From: Candidatus Sumerlaeia bacterium
GTDB taxonomy: Bacteria > Sumerlaeota > Sumerlaeia > SLMS01
Direction: 5' to 3'
Assembly (NCBI GenBank): GCA_038208905.1
Contig: JBBQYG010000015.1
Location: forward strand, 1 to 40,169
DNA length: 40,169 bases
Position numbers and translations under genes: made by a program. Below, in pieces: positions 20,031 to 29,221 of this stretch (position 1 is its first letter; every line of letters starts with the position of its first letter). The notes beneath the pieces are model-generated. The model did no database searches and was not told the origin of the DNA. It saw only the letters and a program-made list of their open reading frames with translations.

Positions 20031-20339
20031 ACGCAAAGCACCATCGACGCGAAGGGATCAAGCAAGGCGCTCATCGACACGGGGTTCCTGACGACCTCCG
20101 TCACCCAGCAGATCATGCCGGATCACGCCTACGTCGGGCTGCTGAAAACGGCGATGAGCAAGAACGGCGACTCGCTCGCGATGATCGGCGCGATCATGGG
20201 ATATGGAGCGACGATCCAGCGCCCGAACGGCGCGACGATCATCATCCCACCCCGCCCGTTCCTTCACCCCGTGATGGGGAAATACAGACTACGGGCGATC
20301 AAGAACCACCGCGAGGCGGTCAGATCGGTGATGGGATGA
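20031..20339 (+). pseudogene. Fragment of phage virion morphogenesis / neck-tail protein
   Basis: STIDAKGSSKALIDTG.L..S...YG...IPPRPFL resembles Mu gpG / HK97 gp10-like proteins. The N-terminus is missing. Confidence 0.6.
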
Positions 20340-20345
20340 AGTCCA

Positions 20346-21311
20346 TCACCTCTGCTTTTCACGGTACTTGCTCCACGCCAGCTCGCTTGCGTTCACATCG
20401 ACGTAGCGAAGCCGAAGGGCACTGAGCCAGTCTGACTGCTGGCGGGTGGCAGCGCTGGGATGCCAAGAGGAGAGAATCTTGCCGAGAGGCCATTCGAGCA
20501 GGGTCGCCTGTCCTGCCTCCGTAAGTTTCCCTCTGTAAGCCTTGATGGCGGCTGGGCAACCATCATCCAGATCATGGTACACGACAGCGCAGAAGGCCTC
20601 CTTGTACTTCCTCGGAGACTGCCTCAGGACTGCAAAAGTCAGGAGGTGGTCCCGCCAAAGCTGGTTGGTCTCCGGGTTTGGGAAATCAGTTTCAGAGCCG
20701 GGTAACCACCAACCGTTATCTCGTGCGAACCAATCTGTATAACGTTTTGAGGGATACTCTTTTTGCGAGAATGGTTCCGTCAGCTTGGTTTCGACAGCGA
20801 TGAAGCCAAGATCGCCATTCTCCAGTTCATACTCTACGAAGGCATCGAATGCCGTGCGATCTCCCAGCAGTCCTTCCCCGTCGTACTCCACTTGGACATC
20901 TCGAACCTTCAATCCTCCGGGTACGCCGGGGAGGGTCGAAATCAGCCGCGTCGCCAGATCGAAGTCCGCATGAAGTGGACCGAATAAGTTGAAGCACATG
21001 GGCTGGCTGCTGAGCAGATTCCGCCGCAGCCGGTCAGGCTCAATCGCCCCTTCGCCTTCCGAAAGTCGCTGCGCAGCGAATCCATAAATCTCGTCCGTCA
21101 GGAAGTTGAATCCACGTTGCCCGTCCGAGTCCGTGAGCATGCTGCCGTAGAGTTCCCCGCCCGCCTGAGGATTGGGGCCAGGAGACAGACCAAGTGCGTG
21201 GTGTCGATACCATGACTGATGAAAACGGAGCCGACCCTTGAACTCGCCGTCGCTGGGAGCCACATGCTTGCAGTCACTTTCCAACCCATGAGGTGCTGGT
21301 GTACCCGCCAT
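20346..21311 (-). CDS. Putative PD-(D/E)XK restriction-endonuclease-fold protein (PGN_0703-like)
   Basis: NLLSSQPMCFNLFGPL, EY, DRTAFDA, IAVETKLTEPF and NQLWRDHLL. GAGG RBS. Visibly lower GC than the flanking genes. Confidence 0.75.
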   Translation of the reverse strand: MAGTPAPHGLESDCKHVAPSDGEFKGRLRFHQSWYRHHALGLSPGPNPQAGGELYGSMLTDSDGQRGFNFLTDEIYGFAAQRLSEGEGAIEPDRLRRNLLSSQPMCFNLFGPLHADFDLATRLISTLPGVPGGLKVRDVQVEYDGEGLLGDRTAFDAFVEYELENGDLGFIAVETKLTEPFSQKEYPSKRYTDWFARDNGWWLPGSETDFPNPETNQLWRDHLLTFAVLRQSPRKYKEAFCAVVYHDLDDGCPAAIKAYRGKLTEAGQATLLEWPLGKILSSWHPSAATRQQSDWLSALRLRYVDVNASELAWSKYREKQR

Positions 21312-21396
21312 ATTTTTCCTCGCTCTTGATGGAAATTCCGAAGCCCCAGCTCCGGACGTGAGACTACCGCCTGGATCATTTCCAAGGGCAAGTAGG

Positions 21397-21462
21397 AACC
21401 TCTGACCTGACTCTCCGCACCTCTTCGTTCTGAAAGCAACCTCGTTTTCTTGCCCCGGAGCC
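21397..21462 (-). repeat. Right arm of ~66-bp imperfect inverted repeat
   Basis: The minus strand reads GGCTCCGGGGCAAGAAAACGAGGTTGCTTTCAGAACGAAGAGGTGCGGAGAGTCAGGTCAGAGGTT. Confidence 0.75.
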
Positions 21463-21570
21463 ACATTTTCCCTCCTCGATGCCGCGCTTGAGCCTTCGGG
21501 GCGGTCGATTACGAGCAGTGGTGGTGGCCCTGCGCGGGTTCGCGGCGCGTTGCCGCCCTCTGAACTGGCG

Positions 21571-21722
21571 TCATGCGTGGCTCTCCCGATGTCTGACTGC
21601 CTTGAGAAGGTTGTGGGCGAGGATCGCCAGGCTGACCTGTTCGCGGAAGCGGACGATGCCTGTATATACGGCGCGGCCCAGCCGGCGCCATCGCTTGAGC
21701 GCGCAGAAGACGCCCCGCGAGG
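21571..21722 (-). pseudogene. DDE transposase C-terminal remnant (IS5/IS1182-like)
   Basis: GVFCALKRWRRLGRAVYTGIVRFREQVSLAILAHNLLK matches the F..LK...L.R..Y.G......L..LAHNL pattern. Confidence 0.6.
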
Positions 21723-21731
21723 GCCTGCTCC

Positions 21732-21971
21732 ACTCACGAAAATGCCTCCATCTGGATTCGGGGAATGGATCCCCAGCCTGAAACTCGAATCGCCCGCCAG
21801 CTTGATGCTGGGGGCGGCGGAACAAAACTTGATCCCGAATCCCTTGCCGGAACTCGGGAGCTCTTCGTTCTATACAACCTGATTAACGACCAAGGCCTGT
21901 GGGAAGTTCACCGCTGCAAAACCGGAATCACTCTCCCGAATCAATCATCCGACTACTGGATTGTGGACTAA
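21732..21971 (+). pseudogene. C-terminal fragment of an unknown, possibly secreted, protein
   Basis: Open frame THENASIWIRG...LWEVHRCKTGITLPNQSSDYWIVD* with no good start. The tail resembles the end of the 9036-11720 protein. Confidence 0.35.
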
Positions 21972-22206
21972 CTGGGAGAGCCGCCGCCTCTGCGTTTTAA
22001 TTCTAGCATCCACAGCGAGGGCCTCGACAGGGCAACCGCCCGCCCCGCCTCAAATCATCGTTGGGCTTATGTGTCGCGTGGACGCGCAGTGGCGAGCATC
22101 GACGAGACGCCGCCGGTTCCCGAGTCCGATCTTGGCGCCCCCCGGTAGGACGCCGGTGATCGGGGCTTTGCGCTGTGCGCTCTGAGGTAGCCTCGTCGCC
22201 GGCGCT

Positions 22207-23010
22207 TTAAGATTTGGCGCCGCCCGCCCGGGCCTTCAGGATCGCGTCGATTTCCTGAACCAGTTCCCGTAGACGCCGTTCGCTGGTGTCGGTCGTGAGC
22301 GAGCGGTGGTCTTCGATATCCTGCACCTTCTGGTAGTTGTTGATTACGGCGCCGACGATTAGATTCACAAGGAGGAACGTGGCGATCACGATCCAAGAGA
22401 CTTGAAAGGCGGTGAATGCGCCGAGGGGATGACCAGCCTGGGCCAGCTCGTAGCGCATCTGGGTCCAGTCGTCGCCGGTGAGGATGCGGAAGAGTGTGAA
22501 GCAAGCCTCGTGGATGGTGGCGAAGTATGTCTGCATGGGGTGGCCGTCGCCCCCGAACAACTTAACCCCGATGACCGCGTAGACGTAGAACAAGATCGTC
22601 GCCAAGAGCGCCACGTACTTCATGCTGGTGACTGAGCGGAGAAGAACGGCGACGATCAGCCGCAGTTCCGGGATGGTCTTGACCAGCCGAAGCACGCGCA
22701 AAACCCGGAAAACACGCAGGACCGGTCCGATGCCGTTGGAGGCGGGAACGATCGCCGCGACGACGATCGAGAGATCGAAGATGTTCCAACCATCGCGGAA
22801 GAAAGAGGCTGTGGAATCGCGGGCCATGAATCTCAGGACGATTTCCACCATATAGATGACGAGGCAGACCGCCTCCAACACGGCGATGGTACGGAGAGCT
22901 GCCGCATCCGTCAGATAGGTAGCGAGGCCGATGAGCACCGCATTGAATACGATGACGGCAATGATGAAGTTATTGAAGGGGGCGGATTCGACGAGCTTGC
23001 GGATCACCAT
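22207..23010 (-). CDS. Bacterial voltage-gated cation channel (BacNav/NaChBac superfamily)
   Basis: 6-TM layout with FFRDGWNIFD, S4 LRVFRVLRVLRLVK, filter LTGDDWT and S6 NLIVGAVINN. Confidence 0.9.
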   Translation of the reverse strand: MVIRKLVESAPFNNFIIAVIVFNAVLIGLATYLTDAAALRTIAVLEAVCLVIYMVEIVLRFMARDSTASFFRDGWNIFDLSIVVAAIVPASNGIGPVLRVFRVLRVLRLVKTIPELRLIVAVLLRSVTSMKYVALLATILFYVYAVIGVKLFGGDGHPMQTYFATIHEACFTLFRILTGDDWTQMRYELAQAGHPLGAFTAFQVSWIVIATFLLVNLIVGAVINNYQKVQDIEDHRSLTTDTSERRLRELVQEIDAILKARAGGAKS

Positions 23011-23173
23011 GTTGTTCCTGTGGCATTCGATGCTCTCTCAGCCAGCAATTCTGGAGAGGTTCCTTCTGTGAGAGTCAACCGTGGCGCGCGCGATGCGCCG
23101 CAGTTCGTCATCCACGCCGCGACCCGGTTTGGCCGGACGCTCCTCGTCCGGCGGAATACTTCAACGGCAATCG

Positions 23174-23510
23174 TCAGTGGCCCACTTTTCCGCCGCCCGA
23201 TCCGTTCGCCGGAGGCTGTTTCGAAGGAATCAGCAAGCTCGGCACAGTGGCCACTGCCAGCGTGCCGACGACGGCCAGAAGCGACACCGTTGTGCTAATC
23301 TGATGGGGGAGGCCTTGGCTAGGCCAATCACGTCAAGGTATGGTGGCAGGCTCAGGAGCAGCATCTTGATGCCGACGAAGGCGAGGATCAGGATCCACTG
23401 GTACTTCAGGATCAGCCCCGCCCCCAGAAAGATCATCGCGCCACGCATGATCAGGGCGCCGATGATGCCCCAGAAGAGCACCCGGTGCTGGTACTTTCCC
23501 GGCACCCCGC
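23174..23510 (-). pseudogene. TerC/Alx-family membrane protein remnant (internal deletion and frameshift)
   Basis: VPGKYQHRVLFWGIIGALIMRGAMIFLG is joined directly to ILAFVGIKMLL. The last TM, ISTTVSLLAVVGTLAVA, is in another frame. Confidence 0.75.
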
Positions 23511-23540
23511 CCCGTCCATCCCAAAAGCTCTTGCTCTGGT

Positions 23541-23645
23541 TCAGTTGCCTACGGGCTTCCAGTTCTCTGGCAGCAGTTCTTCGAGGCGGTTGGTCGGGTG
23601 GGACGGCAGGCGCGTCAGCAGGTCGGTACCGTAGTCCCACCGCAA
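23541..23645 (-). pseudogene. IS66 transposase extreme C-terminal remnant
   Basis: WDYGTDLLTRLPSHPTNRLEELLPENW matches the IS66 C-terminal Y..D.L.RL......ELLP.NW motif. Confidence 0.7.
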
Positions 23646-23675
23646 CGCGGCGCTTGCACCGAGGCGGGGATTGGG

Positions 23676-23912
23676 GGATTCTTTCGCCGTGCCCAAGTTC
23701 GCAACAACGTGATTATGCTGCCCCCCGGTGTCTCGCTGCCGGATGGTTCGGAGGTGTTCGTCGAGCCGGTGGCCGGCGCGAATGGCGAGGCCGCGGCGGG
23801 CTCGATCCTTGAGCGTGACGGCAAGTTTGCGGGATGACTGGAGGGCCTGCCGGAGGACTTCCCCGAGAATCACGACCACTATCTGCACGGAGCCGAGAAG
23901 CGATCTTCATGA
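23676..23912 (+). pseudogene. Antitoxin remnant (partner of PIN toxin) with in-frame stop
   Basis: AQVRNNVIMLPPGVSLPDGSEVFV...KFAG*LEGLPEDFPENHDHYLHG. TGA at 23835-23837. ATGA overlap with the toxin start. Confidence 0.65.
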
Positions 23913-24308
23913 AGACCGTCTTCGCGGACGGCTTCTTCTACTTCGCGTTGCTAAATACCAGCGACCGCGCCCACTTGGCGGCAACTCGCGCAGGGGCCGC
24001 GGGGGCTTGGAATTGTGCCAACGGATTTCGTCCTAATCGATCTCCTCGATGGCCCCGGTTCCCCCCGCCATCGCGCGCGGGCTGCCCAATTCGTCCGCGC
24101 AATCCCGGCGGACTCTTCGACTCGCATCCTGCGGGCGGAACCGTCGTATCGGGAAGCCGCCATTGGGCTCTTCGAGCAGCGGGGCGACAAGGCATGGTCA
24201 TTCACTGACTGCGCGTCATTTGTCGCTGTGGTGAATGAGGGACTCGATGAGGCACTTACGGGCGATACCCACTTCGAGCAGGCGGGATTCCGGGCGCTGC
24301 TGAAGTAG
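23909..24308 (+). pseudogene. VapC/PIN toxin, frameshifted
   Basis: MKTVFADGFFYFALLNTSDRAH in one frame continues as TDFVL...DKAWSFTDCASF...ALTGDTHFEQAGF in another. The frameshift is near 24010. Confidence 0.8.
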
Positions 24309-24345
24309 CAGACTGCCGATGAGGGGAATACCGGGCACGGCCCCC

Positions 24346-25347
24346 CTACTCCCCCCACAAATGCAGCTTGTCCCTCACCACGTCCATCGTCTCCACGGCC
24401 TTTTCGCGGGCGCGGGTGTTGCCTTGGGCGAGGATGTCCTTCCAGGCGTCGGGCTGGGCGGCGAGTTGCTCTCGGCGGTCGAAGGCGGGGGCGAAGCGGG
24501 TCTCGACGGCGTCGGCGAGGATCTTCTTGCACTCGATGCAGCCCCACTTGGCGCCGCGGCAGTTGGTGGTGATTTCCTCGTAGCGGTCGGGCGAGGTGAA
24601 GACCTTGTGGTAGGACCAGACGGTGCATTTCTCGGGTTCGCCGGGGTCGGTTTTCCGGACGCGGGCGGGGTCGGTTTTCATGACGCGGATTTTGTCCCAC
24701 TTTTCCTGCGGCGTCTCCGACAAATAGATGCAGTTGTTGTAGGACTTGGACATCTTGCGTCCGTCGTTGCCGAGGAGGACGGGGGCCTGGCTGAGGCGCC
24801 ATTCGGGGATGCGGAAGACGTCGCCATAGCGGGAGTTGACCTTCTGGGCGATGTCCTGGCACTTCTCGATATGCTCCACCTGGTCGCGCCCCACGGGGAC
24901 GACGTGGGCCTGGTACATGAGGATGTCGGCGGACTGGAGCACGGGGTAGCCGAGGAATCCGTAGGTGCGCATTTCGTCGAGCTTCTGCTCCTCGACGAGG
25001 TCCTTCCAGCTTGTGCAGCGCTCCGCCAGGCCAAGCGGCGTGAACATGCCGAGGATCAGCGCCAGCTCGGCGTGTTCCTTGATGGCGGATTGGACGAAGA
25101 TGGTGGCCTTCTGGGGGTCGAGGCCGACGGCAAACCAGTCGAGGACCTGGTTGCGGATGTTCTCGGGGATCGGCGACAGGTCGTTGTAGTTGTTGGTCAT
25201 CGCGTGCCAGTCGGCGACCATGAAGAAGCACTCGCATTCCTCCTGCAAGTCGAGCCACTGGGCTAGCGCGCCCACGAAGTTGCCGAGGTGCTGGCGCCCG
25301 GTGGGGCGGCTGCCGGAGAGGAGGATTTTCTTGGCGGGGGCGGTCAT
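24346..25347 (-). CDS. trpS: Tryptophan--tRNA ligase
   Basis: SGSRPTG.QHLGN (HIGH), GYPVLQSADIL, VPVGRDQ, KMSKS. Confidence 0.97.
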   Translation of the reverse strand: MTAPAKKILLSGSRPTGRQHLGNFVGALAQWLDLQEECECFFMVADWHAMTNNYNDLSPIPENIRNQVLDWFAVGLDPQKATIFVQSAIKEHAELALILGMFTPLGLAERCTSWKDLVEEQKLDEMRTYGFLGYPVLQSADILMYQAHVVPVGRDQVEHIEKCQDIAQKVNSRYGDVFRIPEWRLSQAPVLLGNDGRKMSKSYNNCIYLSETPQEKWDKIRVMKTDPARVRKTDPGEPEKCTVWSYHKVFTSPDRYEEITTNCRGAKWGCIECKKILADAVETRFAPAFDRREQLAAQPDAWKDILAQGNTRAREKAVETMDVVRDKLHLWGE

Positions 25348-25363
25348 GGGTGGCGTTCCGATT

Positions 25364-26071
25364 TCAGAGGAGATAGACGGGCAGTTGGGCGAGGGTGCTG
25401 AGCGCCCTGTAGGCGGGAAGGACGGTGGCCGAGTAGAAGATCCGCCCGAGCGGGGTGACGAAGATCAGGATCAGGACGAAGTAGCTGAATGTCTGCACGG
25501 TGGCAAAGGCCTGGTGGAATTGGGGGCGGCTCTTGACGAAGCCATGCCAAAGCACGTGGGACCCATCGAGCGGCGGAATCGGCAGCAGGTTGAAGAACAT
25601 GAGCACCAGGTTGATGAGCAGCGAGTAGGAGAGAATGTGGCCGACGATCCCGTGGACGTTGTCGGGAATATCGACGCCACGCTGAAACAGCATGATCCGG
25701 GCGAGGTAGTAGCACTGCATCAGCACGACCGTAACCAGCGCCAGGAGCAGATTGGAGAACGGACCCGCCAGCGCCACGATCACTCCATAGCCGCGGCCCC
25801 GGCGATAGTTGGACTCCACCACGGGGACGGGCTTGGCCCAGCCGATGAGGGGGAAGTTCTGGAGCACGGCGATGATCGGGATGATGATCGTGCCGACGGG
25901 GTGTATGTGCGCGATCGGGTTGAGGGTGATGCGCCCCTGATAGGCCGAGGTCAGGTCGCCGCCCCACTTGGCCACGATGGCATGGGCCGCCTCGTGAAAG
26001 GAAAGGGCGAAGAGAAAGACCGGGAAGCCAATGAGGAGGTTGCGGAGGGCTTCCTGAGTTTCGGGATTCAT
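25364..26071 (-). CDS. Site-2 protease family (M50) peptidase
   Basis: HEAAH, GRITLNP, GWAKPVP, AGPFSN, FNLLPIPPLDG. Confidence 0.92.
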   Translation of the reverse strand: MNPETQEALRNLLIGFPVFLFALSFHEAAHAIVAKWGGDLTSAYQGRITLNPIAHIHPVGTIIIPIIAVLQNFPLIGWAKPVPVVESNYRRGRGYGVIVALAGPFSNLLLALVTVVLMQCYYLARIMLFQRGVDIPDNVHGIVGHILSYSLLINLVLMFFNLLPIPPLDGSHVLWHGFVKSRPQFHQAFATVQTFSYFVLILIFVTPLGRIFYSATVLPAYRALSTLAQLPVYLL

Positions 26072-26216
26072 GGCAACGGGGCGGGGGAGGGTGGTAAGGC
26101 CCCCGTGTTCTGGTGACGCCCCCACCCACGGTCAACGGATTTCGCCGCTTCTGCTTGACGTGAAACTCACGCAAATCAAGCATTCGCGGCAGCAGTCAAC
26201 GCGGAGAACCACGCCC

Positions 26217-27338
26217 TTGCTATCACTCGTCGAACAACGCTCCATCGACCCCGATGCCGATCCCGCCCTGCTGGACCGGCTCAGCGTCGTCACTTACTTC
26301 ACGACCACGCGCTGCAATGCGAAGTGCGAGACGTGCTTCTATTGGCAGAGCCTGAACGATGCCGACGAGAAGGCGCTGAACCTGGAGGAGATCGACACGG
26401 TTTCGCGCTCAATGCCGCGGTTCAACCACCTGCTCTTCAGCGGCGGAGAGCCCGTAATGCGCAAGGAGATCGTGGAGGTGGCCAAGATATTCGCCGCCAA
26501 CAACGGCCTGATCTCCATCGACATGCCGACCAACGGACTCCTGCCCAAGCGCGTGGAGGAGGTTACGTCGCGCATTCTGGACGAGATTCCCGAGGTGCTC
26601 TTTACCGTGGGCCTCTCGCTCGATGGGCTGGAGGAGACGCACAACCGCATCCGCGGCGTGCCGGGAAACTGGAAGCGCAGCATGGAGACGCTGGCCACGC
26701 TGGCACGCGTCCGCGAGGACCGCATGGCGAAGTTCCGCCGCGGCGAGGGCCCCAAGCCGAACCTGCGCATCATGACGCTGACCTGCATCAACAACCAGAA
26801 CCTTTCCGAGATCGAGGCGTTGGCCCAGGCGATGTATGACAATCCCGAGGTCGATGGCATGATGTTCGAGTGCCTGCGCGGCACGCCGAAGGACCCGGAA
26901 CTGAAGCCGCCGACGATCGAGCAGTTTGACCGCGTCGTCCGCATGTCGATCGAGATGAACGAGAAGATGTATCAGCGCCGCTTCGGCGACTACCGGGCGT
27001 CGTGGCTGAGCTATATCCGCAACGTGTATCGCTTCCAGCGCGAGCATTTGGTCACCGGGAAAATCCCGGCCACCTGCCAAGCCGGCGTCGGCCTCGCCGT
27101 CATCGAGCCCGATGGACGCGTCCGCATGTGCGAACTGCTGGACGTGGTCGGCGACCTGCGCAAGGAGGGGCTCGACTGGGCCAAGCTCTGGCTATCGCCC
27201 CGCGCGGCGGACATGCGCCGCTGGATCCGCGAGTCGCGCTGCTCCTGCACCCACTGCGTGAACATGGGCCACAGCATCGACGCGACGCTGAAGACGAAGC
27301 TGAGGCGCAAGCTGGACGAGGTGGTTTTCTCTCGATAG
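26217..27338 (+). CDS. Radical SAM protein with C-terminal SPASM/twitch-like domain
   Basis: CNAKCETC, SGGEP, SLDG...HNRIRG, CQAG...C...CSCTHC. TTG start with GGAG RBS is inferred. Confidence 0.88.
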   Translation: MLSLVEQRSIDPDADPALLDRLSVVTYFTTTRCNAKCETCFYWQSLNDADEKALNLEEIDTVSRSMPRFNHLLFSGGEPVMRKEIVEVAKIFAANNGLISIDMPTNGLLPKRVEEVTSRILDEIPEVLFTVGLSLDGLEETHNRIRGVPGNWKRSMETLATLARVREDRMAKFRRGEGPKPNLRIMTLTCINNQNLSEIEALAQAMYDNPEVDGMMFECLRGTPKDPELKPPTIEQFDRVVRMSIEMNEKMYQRRFGDYRASWLSYIRNVYRFQREHLVTGKIPATCQAGVGLAVIEPDGRVRMCELLDVVGDLRKEGLDWAKLWLSPRAADMRRWIRESRCSCTHCVNMGHSIDATLKTKLRRKLDEVVFSR

Positions 27339-27388
27339 AGAAGAGAACAAAAACGCCACTGAGGCACGGAGAGCACGAAGGGGCGGCG

Positions 27389-27651
27389 ATGAGCGCGACA
27401 CGAAACGCGGAGACGGTGGAGGAGGCGGCGGCCCACTTGCGCGATCTGGTGGAAAGGGGACAGCATGGGGAAGCCACCGATCTCGTTGATGATGGAAGGC
27501 CGGTGGCGCGCATCATTGCGGTGGCCGAGTCCCCTCTGGATCGTAGCAAGGCGTTCGAGGCCATGAGAAAAAACCGTGAGCAATTTCAGGCCGAAGGCAA
27601 TTTTTCACGGTGGACGAGTTGCTCTCGTTCCGTAATGAAGGCCGAAAGTGA
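27389..27651 (+). pseudogene. Phd/YefM-like antitoxin, frameshifted near the C-terminus
   Basis: EAAAHLRDLVERGQHGE...GRPVARI. The natural-looking tail FTVDELLSFRNEGRK* is out of frame after the T-run at 27601. GTGA overlap with the toxin. Confidence 0.65.
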
Positions 27652-28070
27652 TTGTGGTTCTGGGTTGCTCTGTCGTTCTGGCGATGAACATGCCCGATGA
27701 GTGGAGTCCGTATGCGGCGATGACGGCGTCCATTGCTCGGGCGGGTCAGGCAATAGTACCGGCGCACCGGCAGGTGGAAATCGCCAATTCTCTTCTGGTG
27801 GCTCACCGGAAAAACAGAATCGTGCAGTCCCAGTTGAAAAGTATCATGGCGGCAATCGGTCAAATCTCCCGAGAAACCGAAGCGTCCACCTTCGAATCAC
27901 TGCGCGACGCCGTGGTGCCGCTGGCGCCAAAACAACGCCTGACCGTATACGACGCGATCTGTCTCGAGCTCGCAACTCGTAGGGGCGCTCTACTGGCTAC
28001 GCTGGACAAAGAATTGGCAGGAGCGGCGCGCGAAGAGGGCGCATATCCCAGTGCAAATACTTCGATCTGA
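27648..28070 (+). CDS. VapC/PIN toxin, probably degenerate
   Basis: VVLGCSV (the expected D is G), EIANSL, LTVYDAICLELA, LATLDKEL. Confidence 0.7.
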   Translation: MIVVLGCSVVLAMNMPDEWSPYAAMTASIARAGQAIVPAHRQVEIANSLLVAHRKNRIVQSQLKSIMAAIGQISRETEASTFESLRDAVVPLAPKQRLTVYDAICLELATRRGALLATLDKELAGAAREEGAYPSANTSI

Positions 28071-28089
28071 ACTACTTCGCCTGCAATAG

Positions 28090-29163
28090 ATGATCTACCG
28101 CTCCCTCATCTATCCCCTCCTTTCCCGCTTGGACGCCGAGTGGACGCACGAGGAGACGCTGCGTGTGCTGGAGCTTGCCCAGCGCGTGGCTCCCGGGCCC
28201 ACGCTGTTGCGGGCTCTGGCGGGGCGTGTGCCGGAGCGCCCTGTTGAGGCGTTCGGCCTGAGGTTTCCAAACGCGGTCGGCGTGGCTGCGGGATTCGACA
28301 AGGACGCGCGGGTGGCGATGGGGCTGGGGATGCTGGGGTTCGGCCATGTGGAGGTCGGCACCCTGACGCCGCGCCCGCAGGAGGGAAACCCGCGCCCGCG
28401 GATCTTCCGCCTGCCCAGGCAGCGCGGGCTGATCAACCGAATGGGTTTTCCCAATGGCGGAGTCGATGCGGCGGTGCCGCGTCTGGCGGCGCTGGCGGGC
28501 GAGTCGCGCTCCTTCCTGATCGGCGTCAGCCTCGGGAAACAGAAGGAAACGCCGCTGGCCGAGGCAGTGGGCGACTATCTGGCGGTGATGCGCAAGGTGC
28601 ATCGCTATGCCGCCTATCTGGCGGTGAATATCAGCTCGCCCAATACGCCCGGGCTGCGCGAGTTGCAGGGCGGGAAGTTTCTCTCGGAACTGTGCGGCGA
28701 ACTGGTCCGCGAGGGCGCCCACCTGACGCGGGACAGCGGCCTCCCCCGCCGCCCGATTCTGGTGAAGATCGCGCCGGACCTCTCGCGGGCGGAGCTGGAC
28801 GAAATTCTGGAGACCATCATCCACGCGGGCATCGATGGAGTGATCGCGACCAATACAACCCTCAAGCGCCCGGGGGTGCGCGGCGCGGTGGCGAAGGAAG
28901 CCGGCGGGCTGAGCGGCGCGCCGGTGGGAGAACGCAGTCTCAAACTCATTTCCCACATTTACCGCACCACCGGCGGTCGGCTGCCGATCATTGCCGTGGG
29001 CGGGATTGCGACGCCGGAAGACGCCCGCCGTCGCCTCGATGCCGGGGCGAGTCTGGTGCAGGTTTACACGGGCCTTGTGTACGAGGGGCCTTGCCTTGCG
29101 GGGCGGCTGGCGCGGGGTATCCGCGGGGGCGGCGTTTCGCCCGGACCAGAAAACCCCTTGTAA
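28090..29163 (+). CDS. pyrD: Quinone-dependent dihydroorotate dehydrogenase (class 2)
   Basis: AAGFDK, GNPRPRIFRL, NRMGF.N, NISSPNTPGLR, KIAPD, TNTT, GGLSG. Confidence 0.96.
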   Translation: MIYRSLIYPLLSRLDAEWTHEETLRVLELAQRVAPGPTLLRALAGRVPERPVEAFGLRFPNAVGVAAGFDKDARVAMGLGMLGFGHVEVGTLTPRPQEGNPRPRIFRLPRQRGLINRMGFPNGGVDAAVPRLAALAGESRSFLIGVSLGKQKETPLAEAVGDYLAVMRKVHRYAAYLAVNISSPNTPGLRELQGGKFLSELCGELVREGAHLTRDSGLPRRPILVKIAPDLSRAELDEILETIIHAGIDGVIATNTTLKRPGVRGAVAKEAGGLSGAPVGERSLKLISHIYRTTGGRLPIIAVGGIATPEDARRRLDAGASLVQVYTGLVYEGPCLAGRLARGIRGGGVSPGPENPL

Positions 29164-29221
29164 CGGGCCATGCGGTCGCTAAACCTCTCGCCGCTTTTAT
29201 CGACCGAAAGGAATACAAGAC

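Noticed and set aside
20031-20339. Prophage
   Set aside because: Only one truncated virion-gene fragment; no integrase, terminase or capsid genes.
23835-23837. In-frame TGA in the antitoxin as selenocysteine or recoding
   Set aside because: No evident SECIS hairpin, the partner toxin is also broken, and TGA is used as a normal stop throughout the window.
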